The translations under genes and the position numbers were made by a program. DNA of 39,116 nt. It comes from Macrostomum lignano (taxonomy: Eukaryota). The stretch is from assembly GCA_002269645.1 (NCBI GenBank), contig NIVC01003784.1:1-39116 (forward strand), written 5' to 3'. The notes beneath the pieces are model-generated. The model was given only the letters and a program-made list of their open reading frames with translations, ran no database searches and was not told the DNA's origin. This document shows, piece after piece, positions 1 to 11,729 of this stretch (position 1 is the first letter of the stretch; every line of letters begins with the position of its first letter).

Positions 1-66
<66 letters not shown>
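1..66. repeat. (CT)n dinucleotide microsatellite, truncated by window start
   Basis: Perfect CT run from base 1 to 66. Confidence 0.98.
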
Positions 67-69
<3 letters not shown>

Positions 70-419
70 CTCCCGTCTCTCTTTGCGCGCTTTCAAACTC
101 TGGCTGCTGTTTATTCAATCCAAGCCCATTTTGCGCTTGTTTTCCATCCATCAGTTTCCGCGTCTCACCGCCTCTCTAAACAGCCTCCGGCATCGCCTGT
201 TGAACATCGAACACCGGGACAGAGTGAGTGTTAGTTCCGATACTAGCTAGAGATTTCACGGCGGCTCACATTGACTAATTGCGTTCAGCTGTGTCAGTGT
301 CAGCTAGCTAACGCAACAAGTCTAATGCCCTGTGTCAGCAGCTCTAACGCAACAAGTCAATGTAGGTCCGTTTTGCGCCCCGAGATTTGCAGGCCCAGCC
401 AGTGCAGAGCAGCAGAATT

Positions 420-444
420 CTGATTGGCTGCGAGCGGGACGTCA
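420..444 (+). promoter_or_regulatory. Candidate promoter motifs upstream of the K2P gene (reverse CCAAT box CTGATTGGCT and CRE-like GACGTCA)
   Basis: Motifs read directly, ~230 bp upstream of ATG 667. Function not shown. Confidence 0.2.
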
Positions 445-666
445 AATCCTGTTGCACAGAGAGTCAAGTAAAATACACTGAAATTGAACCAAAACATGAT
501 AAACATAATTCAGCCAACCAACCTGACTTTGCATTGTTAATGTGACAGGAAATTAAATCCAATCGAATACACTGTACGGTTGGCTAAATTTTAAGCATGT
601 CATCTGTCTCAGGTGCAGAGAGTTCAGGATTTCATTATTATTGGCGAAAATGAATTAGAAAAACAA

Positions 667-3600
667 ATGCTTCCAGCATCGGAGACTCAGATCTCCATCG
701 TGGACCTGCAGCATTATGCTGTCCGGGAGCCCAGTGTCGCAGTTCAGCAGCAGCCGCACCAGACAGACGTGGAGCAAGCAGCGGCTGATGACGCTGAGAT
801 CCTGAGCAACTGCAGGAGCAGCAAGAGCAGCAGGAGCAGCAACTGCAGCCTCAAGCATCCCGACGCCAGAAGCTGTCGCGGCAGGAGCGCCGAGAGTTGA
901 AACGACGTGAACGTCGCCGACGTCGGATCCGTCAGACGAAAACCTTCTGCAAGCGCTTCCTGGCCTTCGTGTTCAGCCACATTGGCCTGTCCGGTCTTAT
1001 TGTTGCTTACACATTCGTTGGCGGCTTGATCTTCCAGGCCATCGAGATGCCGCACGAGAGACAGCTGAAGGAGCGGGTGCGCAGCTATCAGGAAGCCTGG
1101 CTCAAGGAGCTGCGGCTTGTCTGCTCCGAGCCAAAGGTCGCTACGCAAGCGCCGACTACCACAGTGGGCGACACAGCGACAACAAGCGCGACTGCAGTTG
1201 GTCTGCTGAACATCAGCAGCGGTGAGGGGCGAATCCCGATGGCGGCAGCACTGGCAGAGGCGGCCACTGCGACCGAGACCAGTCAACAGCTGCTGCTGCG
1301 CGTGCTCAATGACACTGTAAACCGCATAGTTGCCAACGTAACCGTGTTCGTGAAGGACGACGGCTGGAATGGGAGCTTGTCTGAGCGGGATTACACTTGG
1401 AACTTTGCAGGGGCGCTGCTGTTTGTGGTGACAGTCATCACCACCATTGGTGAGTTGCCTAATTGGTGGGATCCTTAGCATTCTGTGAGGTGGCAGTCAT
1501 CACCACCATTGGTGAGTTGCCTAATTGGTGGGATCCTTTGCATTTTGTGAGGTGGCAGTCATCATTCCTAATTGATTGGAGAGTCATCATTCATTGGACT
1601 GTACTCAAGGACCACTGACAATAAAAGGAGAATCCCAATTTCGTTTCAGAATGCACCAGTGCAATAGGATGTTTCCTTGTTTAGTACCAAAATTGAAAAT
1701 CGCTCACTGTCTTTAGGAGACCAAATGAAGCTTCTATGCATTTGGTCTCATAGGTTGTGATTTAGGAAAACAATGCTACTTGAGACTGACAAACGAAAAT
1801 CAAGAACCAGACAGCTTTCATCTCACTGATTTATTTGTCTAAGAGCGCAAAAAAAATATTGTCACTTTTCTGGTCCCCAATACTCTAGTAGAACTTTGTG
1901 ATAATTTACTTTCAAAAACTTGTACATTAGACTCCATTAAAGGCCAACTCTTACCAATATGCATATTGGAATTCTATTTTATGCATTCTACGCATACTAG
2001 AATGTTAGTAATCGTTTAGAAGAGTAGGTATTTAGTGTTGAAAATATGACAGTTGTTGCTGTTGGAGACCCCGAACTGTTATTGAGATGACAGTTGTTGC
2101 TGTTGGAGACCCCGAGCTGTTATTGAGATGACAGTTGTTGCTGTTGGAGACCCCGAGCTGTTATTGAGATGACAGTTGTTGCTGTTGGAGACCCCGAGCT
2201 GTTATTGAGATGACAGTTGATGCTGTTGGAGACCCCGAGCTGTTATTGAGATGACAGTTGATGCTGTTGGAGACCCCGATCTGTTATTGAGATGACAGTT
2301 GATGCTGTTGGAGACCCCGAGCTGTTATTGAGATGACAGTTGATGCTGTTGGAGACCCCGAGCTGTATTGAGATGACAGTTGTGCTGTTGGAGACCCCGA
2401 TCTGCTATTGAGATGACAGTTGTTGCTGTTGGAGACCCCGAGCTGTTATTGAGATGAAGATCAATTTTCGTATTATCCGCAAGCTGCCAGCCGCAGCTTC
2501 TAATTGAATCGCGATTCAACAGCAGCTCACTGCTAAAGGCTTCTCTTGTACAGAAAGTGCAACAACAGCATCATTCATTCCTTCTCTATTTCTGCCCCAT
2601 CGCGGCCTGTTTGCTCAGTTGTTCCGCAGCCGCACGGAGGACAAACAGCCCCCCCCCCTATGGCCTTAGCCGCCATCCCAGACTCTTTCCAGTCTCGCGT
2701 CATACAGAAAACACGCGCCCCAAGACCCGGCCTTCATCAGTGCAACCGATGAGATTTCTGAGTCGAGCGATGGGGCTCTGCTGTCAATCAATTCCTGCGC
2801 ACCCAGGCGGGCGAACATTCGCAGAGAAATATCGCGGATAATAAAAAAGCCATTGTGCGAATGGGCGGTGGGCTGGGGGCGGACTCGGCCGTGCGCTGAG
2901 ACGCCGCCCAGCTAATTTCGAGTGTCGCCGTTCCGCCGCTTCGCTTTTTCTTTACTCCTCTCTGCCCTGTCCCCCCAGCTTTACCTACTACTGGTCCGTA
3001 CCGAGTGAATCGAATGTAAGCGGAACAGCTGTCTCCAGTAGCCGCAGACTAACTGGTAAGTTGGACGCTGTGACAGGAAGAGATGGACCTGCGGCTTGAG
3101 GAGGCTGTGGACTTCGTTGCCTCACCGTCAGTTTCGCAAACTTTTTTAACTCTTTCCACTCAATCGATTTGAATTTGAGCAGATAGGAACAGAAGTTGAC
3201 AGAGCGACCGGTAGAGAATTTGGGGAATATCTCGTTCTGTTTCTCAAAGAAGTCTCTGCAACATCTTTTAGGTAGCATCCATGTCTTCTTAGTAAGTCAG
3301 CTCGCAGGGGGCTTTGAGCACTGCCGCCAATATAGAAAGGCGCATGGTCTCACGAGGTGTACAGTGACCCAGAAGTTCTAATTATCCAGCATGTACACAA
3401 CTCTGTGACAGAGGAGTTGGCCCTCATGCGTGGTAACTGAGACCACTAGAGACTGGTAACCGTATGAAAAGCCCCCCAGGTTAATTTTCGTCTAAGTATT
3501 GTGACCGCAAACGGTATCGAATCAGAGACTTTTCCAGCTACTCTGCCCCCCATATCCATATCGCTCTCCTGTCTGTCCGGCTTCTCAAATTCTGTTTCTA

Positions 3601-6600
3601 TTGCTTCAGGGCTCTCTGCCGTATGCTTCTTTTTCTCTCTTGTCTCTGCTACTCCTTCACCATTTCCCTCACAGCTGTCAGTGTCCCTCTCCCCTAACCC
3701 ACCCTTTACCAGCATACCCATGTCCCCTTTATCCCAAAATCCTTTTCCTACTAACGGGGGTGATCAATTAAGGTCGTTAGCATTGCCTAATCCCCAATCG
3801 GATTGACAGCCCTAATCGGAGCCTCTGGCCATCACAGTCCCCCAAATCAGACCGAAATTCTTTACTAACCGCCAACGACTATCGCAGTTCACTCTCTCTG
3901 CTGACCCTGGAGTCGCATGTCACTTAAAGACATTTTTCTTGCGGACAAAATTTCTGTATCAGTCGGATATGGAAATCAATATCTGGCGTCTTTCGCTCAC
4001 TCGCTCCCTCTCTCTCTTTCGTTGCAACACTCTCGCCTTCTCGCTCCACATTGATCACTGCAACAGCGGTGTGTACCGGACTGAAGGCCTCTGGGTGGGA
4101 GGGGGGGGGGCACTGTAGCCTACTAAATCCACGGACAGACTTCTAACGCATTTAGCTGCAAGTTGAAAGCTTAGTTAAAGTCTAAATTGGGCAGTGGCTG
4201 AATGTCAATAAACAGTACTCACGGTCTCAGCAAGTCTATAGCTTCAGGTTTCTCCCTGCACAGAACTGAGCACCTAACCAAGTAATGCTAAATAGTAGAT
4301 TAGTAAGCCGCTAAGTTTGTCAAAGCCCTGTCCTATAGCAAGGTCTGCCCTCTGAGTCTGATCACTTTGCCATTATTGAGCTGATTAAGTTTGAGAGAGA
4401 GGGAGACACAGTTCACTGAAATGATTTCAATCTTAAATGGGTTTAATTGAGAGCAAAAACTTCCGGTTTGTTAACTGATTGCGCAGCTGCGGAGTGGGAT
4501 CAGTAAGGGGTGGGTATATTCTCCAATCAAAGTGCGCATTGCTGCACTCAAACTTTCCCTGAGTTTAGCCTGATTGTATGCGTCACAAAATGAACATATA
4601 GGGCCACCGTGGAGCACATCAATCAAATTTCCCGCTGATTGGACACAAACTTCAAAATTAGATTGAATGAAGAGTAATGCATTGAGGCCGGTGCGTTTAA
4701 TCCAAATCAGACAATTGCTACTTTCGCCGTTTTTAACTGCTGAAGTCCCACTTAGCTCCTGTTCTCTTGGCAATTCACATGACGCTTAGTCTTTGGAGAA
4801 TAATTCATTCGAGTGCAGAGTAGAGACTTTGGTGCGTTTGCATATTTTGTTAATCACATTCTGAACTTTGACCATGGGTGTGCTTTAGCATCCTCTAATT
4901 TTGAAAGGACCATCCATGCTAACTAGAATGACAGGGGCCACAGCGCTTACATGTAGATACCTCGTCATGTGAAATAGAGTCATGCAGACCGCACTGCCGT
5001 CTTCTGTTTTTAAAGCAACTAGAAGGGAAATCTTGACGCACTTGGCATAGCTAAAGAAGCACGTGAAGGCGCTGCGGGGCGGCGAGCATCGCCAATTCTG
5101 ACAATCCCCGCGAGACCCGCTAGTAACCATTGCCTGGGACGCTCAGGGAAGTTCTGCCTCTAGCCTGATCTTCACTGGGGGGAAGGCTCTCCAGCAGCCC
5201 GAGGTAACGAAATGTTCTCGGGTGTGCAGACCTCATCAAGGGATGCGTCTTGTTCAAGGAATTGCAGTCTGTCTGCGCCTGTTGCACACAAGGTCTTCAG
5301 CAGATTTGTTGTTCTCTAGTTAGGCAAGGTAAAAAGTCCGTTTAAATACCATTCTTTGAACGTTGTGTCATCACCAACACCTGTCATTGCAGGGTACGGT
5401 CACGCCGCTCCCAAGACCTGGCTCGGCATGGTTGCCACGATGTTTTGCGCCTTCCTGGGCATCCCGCTGATGTTCCTCTATCTGAACAACATCGGTGATT
5501 ACCTGGCTGACGGTTTCCGCCTGCTCTATAGCACCATGTGCAGGCCGTACTTCAAGCAGTTCCGGATTTGCTCCGCCAAGCCGCGAGGACCGGCTGAGGT
5601 GGCCGCAGCGGCCGCAACGGCGGCGACAGCAACGTCAGCTACAGCGAGCGCCAACGGGGCGCTCGTCCCAGTCAGCGGTCGGCAGCAGCGCAGCGAGGAG
5701 CTGGACATCATCCGAGTGAAGACCGACTTCGCCCGACCGCTGATGGCCGCCTGGTCCACGCCGGCCGGCACAGGACGGGTGCTGTTTGTCGACGATTTTC
5801 CCGGCACAAATGCCATGTCGGGGGCAGCTGCGACGACGAATTGCAAAGCTCGCGGAGGCGCGAGGCGAGCTTTGGCCGTGGCCAGACTCCTGCCAGCAAC
5901 GCGGCACCGACAAAGGGACCAGGAGGGTCGCCGGCGAGGTGATTCGGTGACTTTTCTCGCTCGGAATTCTGTCTGATAATATTTAGGGATGATTGTCATC
6001 GGTTGTCGCATTATTACTATCAATTAGTCCTGAAGCTTGCAATTACCGACGACGGTTAGAAGCTACTTTTAAGCTGATGTTGATGGTGTACATGATGCTC
6101 TCTCTCTCACTGACTAAGTCTGACAGTCTGACTAAAAAGCCGTTCAACTCCTCACAACTTAACTCAATCCAGGCGATACACCAGCATGTCGAATTTCGGG
6201 GGACCCGCGACACCCTGAGGAGCGACTTGCCGTGGCAGCGCCGGCTAGCCCGCAGCCAGTCGACGCCGTCGCCGTTGCGCAGCCGCCGCACACTCGCCAC
6301 ATCGTCTACAGAGCCGGAGTCGCTGCTTGGACTTGGCAGAGCGCCCGTTGTTGACTGGGCAAACATCGACCAGGCGCTGACAGAAGAGGTCGAACCGCTC
6401 GACGAGGCCGAGTCCGAGGCTCCACCGCACGATCAGGAGGCACTGACTCGGACAATCAGCTACGTCTCCCTACCCAGCCCTTCTGGTTCGTCCGGCGATG
6501 AGGACTCCGACTTGTACTCATCGTCGTCCTCTTCAAGCTCCTCACTTTCGTCTTTCGAAACTGGGGACCAGCTGGGCAATCTAGGCTACTACGACTACGG

Positions 6601-7932
6601 CGCCGGCCCCGGCAGCGGCCGCAAGCGCAGGCGCCGAGGTCCGCACGACAAGAAGTTGAGCCAGGTCACTGTGCCCCTCAGCCTGTCCCTAACCGTCATG
6701 CTGGGCTATGTGATCTTCGGCTCATTTCTGTTTACCATCTGGGAGCAAACTGACTACATCAAGTGGTCCTATTTCTGCTTCATCACTCTGAGCACCATTG
6801 GCTTTGGTGACATTGTGCCGGGTAATTCCGTCTCGCTATTTTGGTGTTTGCCAAAAATATATGCGGGGTTAATAATGAGCCATCCAACAGTCAAGATGAG
6901 GCCGGCGTCTTTCCGCTTTCCGCCTTTGGAGCCGGCCTTTGGGACGCCCGGACGGACTAAGGAAGAGCGGGCGACGTAGCGAGATGGCAAATAGAAATTC
7001 TAGACTCAAATTGGGCTCTCAACGTGGAACAGGCGAGGCTACAGTTTTTAGCTTGGCTGGACTTTCCCTTTTCCAGTTTTTAGTCACTATCCATATAACT
7101 CTCCATCTTTTCACACTCGCATTTTCCTTTTTCTCATAAGGCTTAGTGGGTGCGTGGGGACCGGTCTGCATCCCAAGATGATGGCGCCGACCTGAACTGC
7201 ATCGCCCTCTCCTCAACCCCCCGCTGCGATTTTTTGCGCCAGCTTCCGCAGTCGCCTGCCTCATCAGGCTTGCTCAGGATCCCCCTCTCTCTGAGCCAAG
7301 TATGAAGCAGTCAGTCAACCCAAGATGCCTTCTAATTGTCTTAAGGGCAACAAGCTTGAATGACTTTGCAGCTTCACCCCGTGGCAACCCCGGTCCGTCA
7401 ATTGGAGCACGTGCTTCGCCAAGAAAATAAAAGCAGCATAGGCTTGAATAGGCTTTGAGGACAAAAATATGGCAAATAGAGTACCTGACAGAGCTCATCT
7501 TAAGTGTGGCTTTCCTGTCCTCAAAATGCAACGTCGTCAAACATAAAAATACAGTTAAATTGACTTTGCTCGCAAGTATGATAAACATGCAGACGCGACT
7601 AAATCGATCAAAATGACGTTATCTATGTGATGCCTCATAAACCAGGCACGGAGGTGGACTCCCGGAACCCGAAGGAGAAGCTGATCGCCACCACACTGTA
7701 CGTGGCCGTCGGCCTGTCCGTGTTTGCCATGTGCTTCAAGCTGATGCAGGAGGAGGTCATCGAGAAGATGCGCCGCCTCGGCCGCCGGCTGGGCATCATA
7801 GCTCGACGAGAGCCGCCGCCGCAGCCGCTACCAAAAGCGCGCCGCTCGAAGGCGTCGCGTCGGGCCCGTAGAAAACGACGAAAGAAGCGACAGAAGCGGC
7901 GCGAAAAAGCCAAAGCGGCGGCGTCACGTTAG
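667..7932 (+). CDS. Two-pore-domain potassium channel (K2P, invertebrate TWK/TRESK-like), ~757 aa; exons ~667-1449, 5393-5946, 6173-6821, 7646-7932; one apparent 1-nt deletion at ~798
   Basis: M1 (FLAFVFSHIGLSGLIVAYTFVGGLIFQAIE), P1 WNFAGALLFVVTVITTIG|YGHAAPKT, M2 (GIPLMFLYL), M3, P2 YFCFITLSTIGFGDIVPG| and M4 (LYVAVGLSVFAMCFKLMQEEV). GT-AG junctions at 1449/5393, 6821/7646 and, less certainly, 5946/6173 are phase-compatible. The start codon and the exon 2/3 boundary are tentative. Confidence 0.88.
1428..1563 (+). repeat. 62-bp tandem duplication (2.2 copies) spanning the exon 1/intron 1 junction of the first K2P gene
   Basis: gtg(a/g)cagtcatcaccaccattg|gtgagttgcctaattggtgggatcct... starts at 1428 and 1490, with a partial copy at 1552. 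Confidence 0.93.
2046..2457. repeat. 41-bp minisatellite, ~10 copies, in K2P intron 1
   Basis: Unit atgacagttg(t/a)tgctgttggagaccccgagctgttattgag repeated head-to-tail. Confidence 0.97.
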
Positions 7933-10640
7933 GAGACTTTTTAAAATCTTGGAAAGCAAATTTTTCGTGAGCGCATCCGTTACAAGGAATTATCCCAGTG
8001 CAACCAGGATCATTTCAGGAAAAAGAAAATGACACTAGAAGTACTTGAGTCACTTTTTAACTAGAGAAAATCATTTTCTTCTTAATTGTGACATTTTTGC
8101 AGGAAAATTTGAATTTTAATATAGGGCTCCTTTTGTATGGGTCAAAGGTGTGTGTATTTTTGTTAGGAAGTGCCCCTCTGATATTCCGTTCTCGATACGA
8201 TTCACTGCCGCCAGAGTTATCACGTCTTACGAGCTGAGTGAGATCGGATGAGAGTCAACTGCTCTTTCCTTAAATTTAATGCTGATGCTAAATTTTTATG
8301 CTCACCACTCGTGCTGTTCAATCTTCATGCGCACTGTTTATCACAGATCTGACATTTCTGCAAGTTGGCAAAGAATAGATACTGGATTAATATATTTATC
8401 ATTCCTTGATAGCTAGTATTATCATTATGGCTTTCTCCGCGTTTTTTGCCAGCTGTCGAAAGCAACCAGTGACAAATACTTGATAACCTCCCATTGAGTA
8501 CATCAATGTGATTGGGCAATCGAAAGAAACATCCCTCACACATCATATGCCGGAAAAAACAGCTCCAGAGCTGTGGATAAACTGCTCAAGCACTCCTAAT
8601 CTGATTTAGAATACAGTAGGATTTTTCCAACACGAACTGTGCTTCTGACCCTCTAGACTCTTGTGCGATTGCAAATAATCAATTAGAATTATTGAGGCAA
8701 CTGCTGATTCACGGTGACGGCACTTGACAGTCTGTGCAGCCAACTGACAGACAAGAGTGCATATTGTAGTGGCATCTTTATGCAATAACCCATCGGATGC
8801 AGCACTGCAGTTATGCCACTTGGTAGTCATTTAACAGTTTATAAGCTATATCGGTCTCGATAGTTGTAAAATTGTGATCTCGAGAGTGCTCGCAAGCAAT
8901 TGGTGCACACGCCATCAGGAATATTATAAACAAACCGACACACACACACACGCACGCGCATCTGCCATCTTCGAAGCTCGCAACAAATTATCCATCAACG
9001 ATTGCAGTGCAGGCCGCTCATGCATTGTAAATTATGGCATGTAATGTAAATTCGCGCGACCTTTGCTAGACAGGCACCGGTTAAGAGTAAATGAGTGTAG
9101 CATAATTTATCAAAAGTACGACAGGTCAAGAAGTAACAATCAATTACCGTCTGGGCCGGACTCTAGAGGTACGTATGCACTTAAAATTTACTTATTAAAA
9201 TTGTAGCAATGTTATTTGCTACATTGAGATGTACTGCAAGATTTCGTCTTGCTCAATACACGCTAAACTTGACCCATGCTCAAGGAATGCACAAAGGAAT
9301 GCATGTTGCCTCATTGAATAAAAGTGTGACGACTGGTTCCCGGAGCCAATCCTATATACATGTATTTTTGGCTCTCCAGCTGTGTAGTACTTTTGTGATG
9401 TATTTTTTGTGTCTCCTTCGCATTGTACCACTCCGATCTGTCTGTGCTCGTAAATGTAGGAGAAATTCTGAACAAAGCAAAAAGTAGAGAAAGAATGCTT
9501 TCAAAATGATGCAGACAGCGGACTTATTGCCATGTTTAGCTAGCTATATGATTAGTAGCAGCGTCATCACGTCTGCTTGCTTGCGAATATTCTGCTGCTG
9601 AATCGATTCGGGTCCCGATCTGCATGATTAAGAAGCTAAGACATTCTGACCAGTTATAGTTGGTGGCGCAAACTCTGACGGCAATTCTGCAGCGTAAAAA
9701 AGTTGCTTGGCAGCAATAATTTGGCACGCCAATCACACCAAGTCAGCGAGGATAATTGATGCAAATTGGGGACTGTCGTCGCAGTGCTGTGAGTGAGTGT
9801 GGCGGGGGTGGCTTCAGGGGCATATCTTGCCCATATATTAAGACTGATTCTCTGGGATAAATATTGCTGTAATAGTTTGTTGTTGTATTATACAGCCTCA
9901 AGCTCGCAAGTGCGTACATTTATATACTACTCTTCAAGGACTACTCAAGTAGGACGAAAACTCCCTTTCATGGAAAATACTTAGGAGACAGGTTGACGAG
10001 CTAACGAAAAATACATTACGAAGAATGGCTTGTTTTTTATTTTGATAGCAGGCAGACCCATGAAGTGTTCATATTTTGATATGACTTTCCTTTCTTATAG
10101 CTCTATCACAATATTCATCGAGACATTTCGGTAATTCGATAATTCTTTCTCTACTTTCTTTTTGTTATGTTTAGAATTTCTCCTAATTATAGATCGGAAG
10201 CTAGCTGTGCGATACATGTACCATCACACGCGCTCTTTTCCTCTAGACATCGCCGTCGTCGCGTGCTGCACTCTTGTGCTGAGATTGTGATTGGCGCCAT
10301 CAATCGAGGTCGTGGTCAAATAACAGTAAATCACAACCAAAACAAAGCATACCATACTCTGCGGTGAATGCGGTGGATGCAGATCGATGATCGAGTCCAC
10401 AGCTATACATCGTATAAGCTTTTAAGTCTAATTGCTCGTGTTACTTAATTAATTAGCTTGGAAACTTTAAAGTTAAAATTGATTTCTTCCGTCTTCTGTT
10501 TACAGCAGAGCTACATGTACGCTTGCATGCGCACGAAGGACCACTATATACAGATGGTGCTTGATGCGCACATGTTTCTTATCGCGCTGTCCATACTTTG
10601 TCATGATCGCTACCATGCAACCACTGTTATCCATTCTTAA

Positions 10641-10729
10641 AATGAGTCGGGCTGTGTTGTTGAATGCTGTGAGTTTTTAATCATCGGATTAAATGATTAA
10701 TCTGCATGTTATTAACAGCCCGACTCATT
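10641..10729. repeat. 15-bp perfect inverted repeat with 59-bp spacer (hairpin or mini-MITE-like)
   Basis: aatgagtcgggctgt (10641-10655) and acagcccgactcatt (10715-10729). No clear TSD. Confidence 0.7.
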
Positions 10730-11545
10730 ATCGGGCTGTTACAGGAAATCCGATGATTTCCACTCGAAATGGAATTCCACCGATTCCAACGGTGGAAATT
10801 TAATCATCGTTGCATCAAGGCTTGCAAAACTTCAACTTGCCTAGCAGCTTTCGGTCACGTACTTGATTTGCAAATAACCGAACGTGTAATGTTGCATATA
10901 AACAGTGTTCTGCCTGCCTTTATAATTGTTCTCTGTCTTCATTTGACTTAGTTCGCATACATATATTATTCTTATTCCATAAGTTTACTTTCTATTTTTT
11001 CTGAAGGGGTTTATGCAAAATAGTAGTCTGATTGGATGGGATTCCGGATTTGGGTCTGATATAGATTGTACGAGTCCACAGTAGACTGTTGATCTAATGG
11101 ACTCTGTAAACTGTGTAAACTGTCGGGCATCTCCTCTCTAAATGATGTAAGTCTGTAAATCTGTTCTGCAAAAGCATACCGATATAACAAATTGTAGCTA
11201 AATCTATTTGTGAAAAAGAAATATTTAGTAATAAACGAACAAATTAGCTAACAAAAATATGTAGGGACTGTTATAAGTGAGTGATGTTATCTAGTTTACG
11301 TGGTCATTTGCATTGAAAGTGAACGTTTTTGAAAAAAAACTAACGCAGTTTTCTCGTACCTAGACATGACATGACAACATCATTAGTCGTTAGTTCTTAG
11401 TCAGTTGACTCATTTAGACTACTTTTTACTGAAATTTCGAGGCTTAATGCCAGAGGCACAGGGCAATATTAGACTAAAGTATATTGTTGGTATACTTTAA
11501 ATTATTTTTACCACATTTTTTATGTTTTTGCTTCGAACATAAAAA

Positions 11546-11729
11546 CGAGAAGATTGCCGAAAATTCATTTAGACCTAGGTCTATGCTTTTAAAACAAATT
11601 TACTTAGGCCCCTAGTCGGCAATCTTCTCGAATCGTTCGTTTAATTATTTCCAGAATTATTTCGCCCTCTATTCAAGGGTGGTGGGGGTGGGGGTTAGAA
11701 TTAAACGAACGATTCGAGAAGATAGCCGA
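11546..11729. repeat. Nested inverted repeats: 31-bp arms (1 mismatch) around a G-rich 52-bp loop, plus a third 15-bp copy
   Basis: 11616-11646 tcggcaatcttctcgaatcgttcgtttaatt pairs with 11699-11729 aattaaacgaacgattcgagaagatagccga. cgagaagattgccga also occurs at 11546-11560. Confidence 0.85.

Noticed and set aside
897-900. Overlapping TGA/TTG suggesting translational coupling or a programmed frameshift between ORFs 613-900 and 897-1478
   Set aside because: The second frame is open and coding-like from 798, so the break is ~100 nt upstream and best explained by a single missing base. No slippery heptamer is present.
7141-7310. Extra K2P exon after the pyrimidine tract ending at 7140
   Set aside because: The phase-compatible frame stops after 13 codons, and exon 6821 joins 7646 directly in frame (DIVPG|TEVD).
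9190-9350. LTR end plus primer-binding site (aataaa...actggttcccggagcc)
   Set aside because: No second LTR copy or retroelement ORF was found nearby, and the match is too weak.
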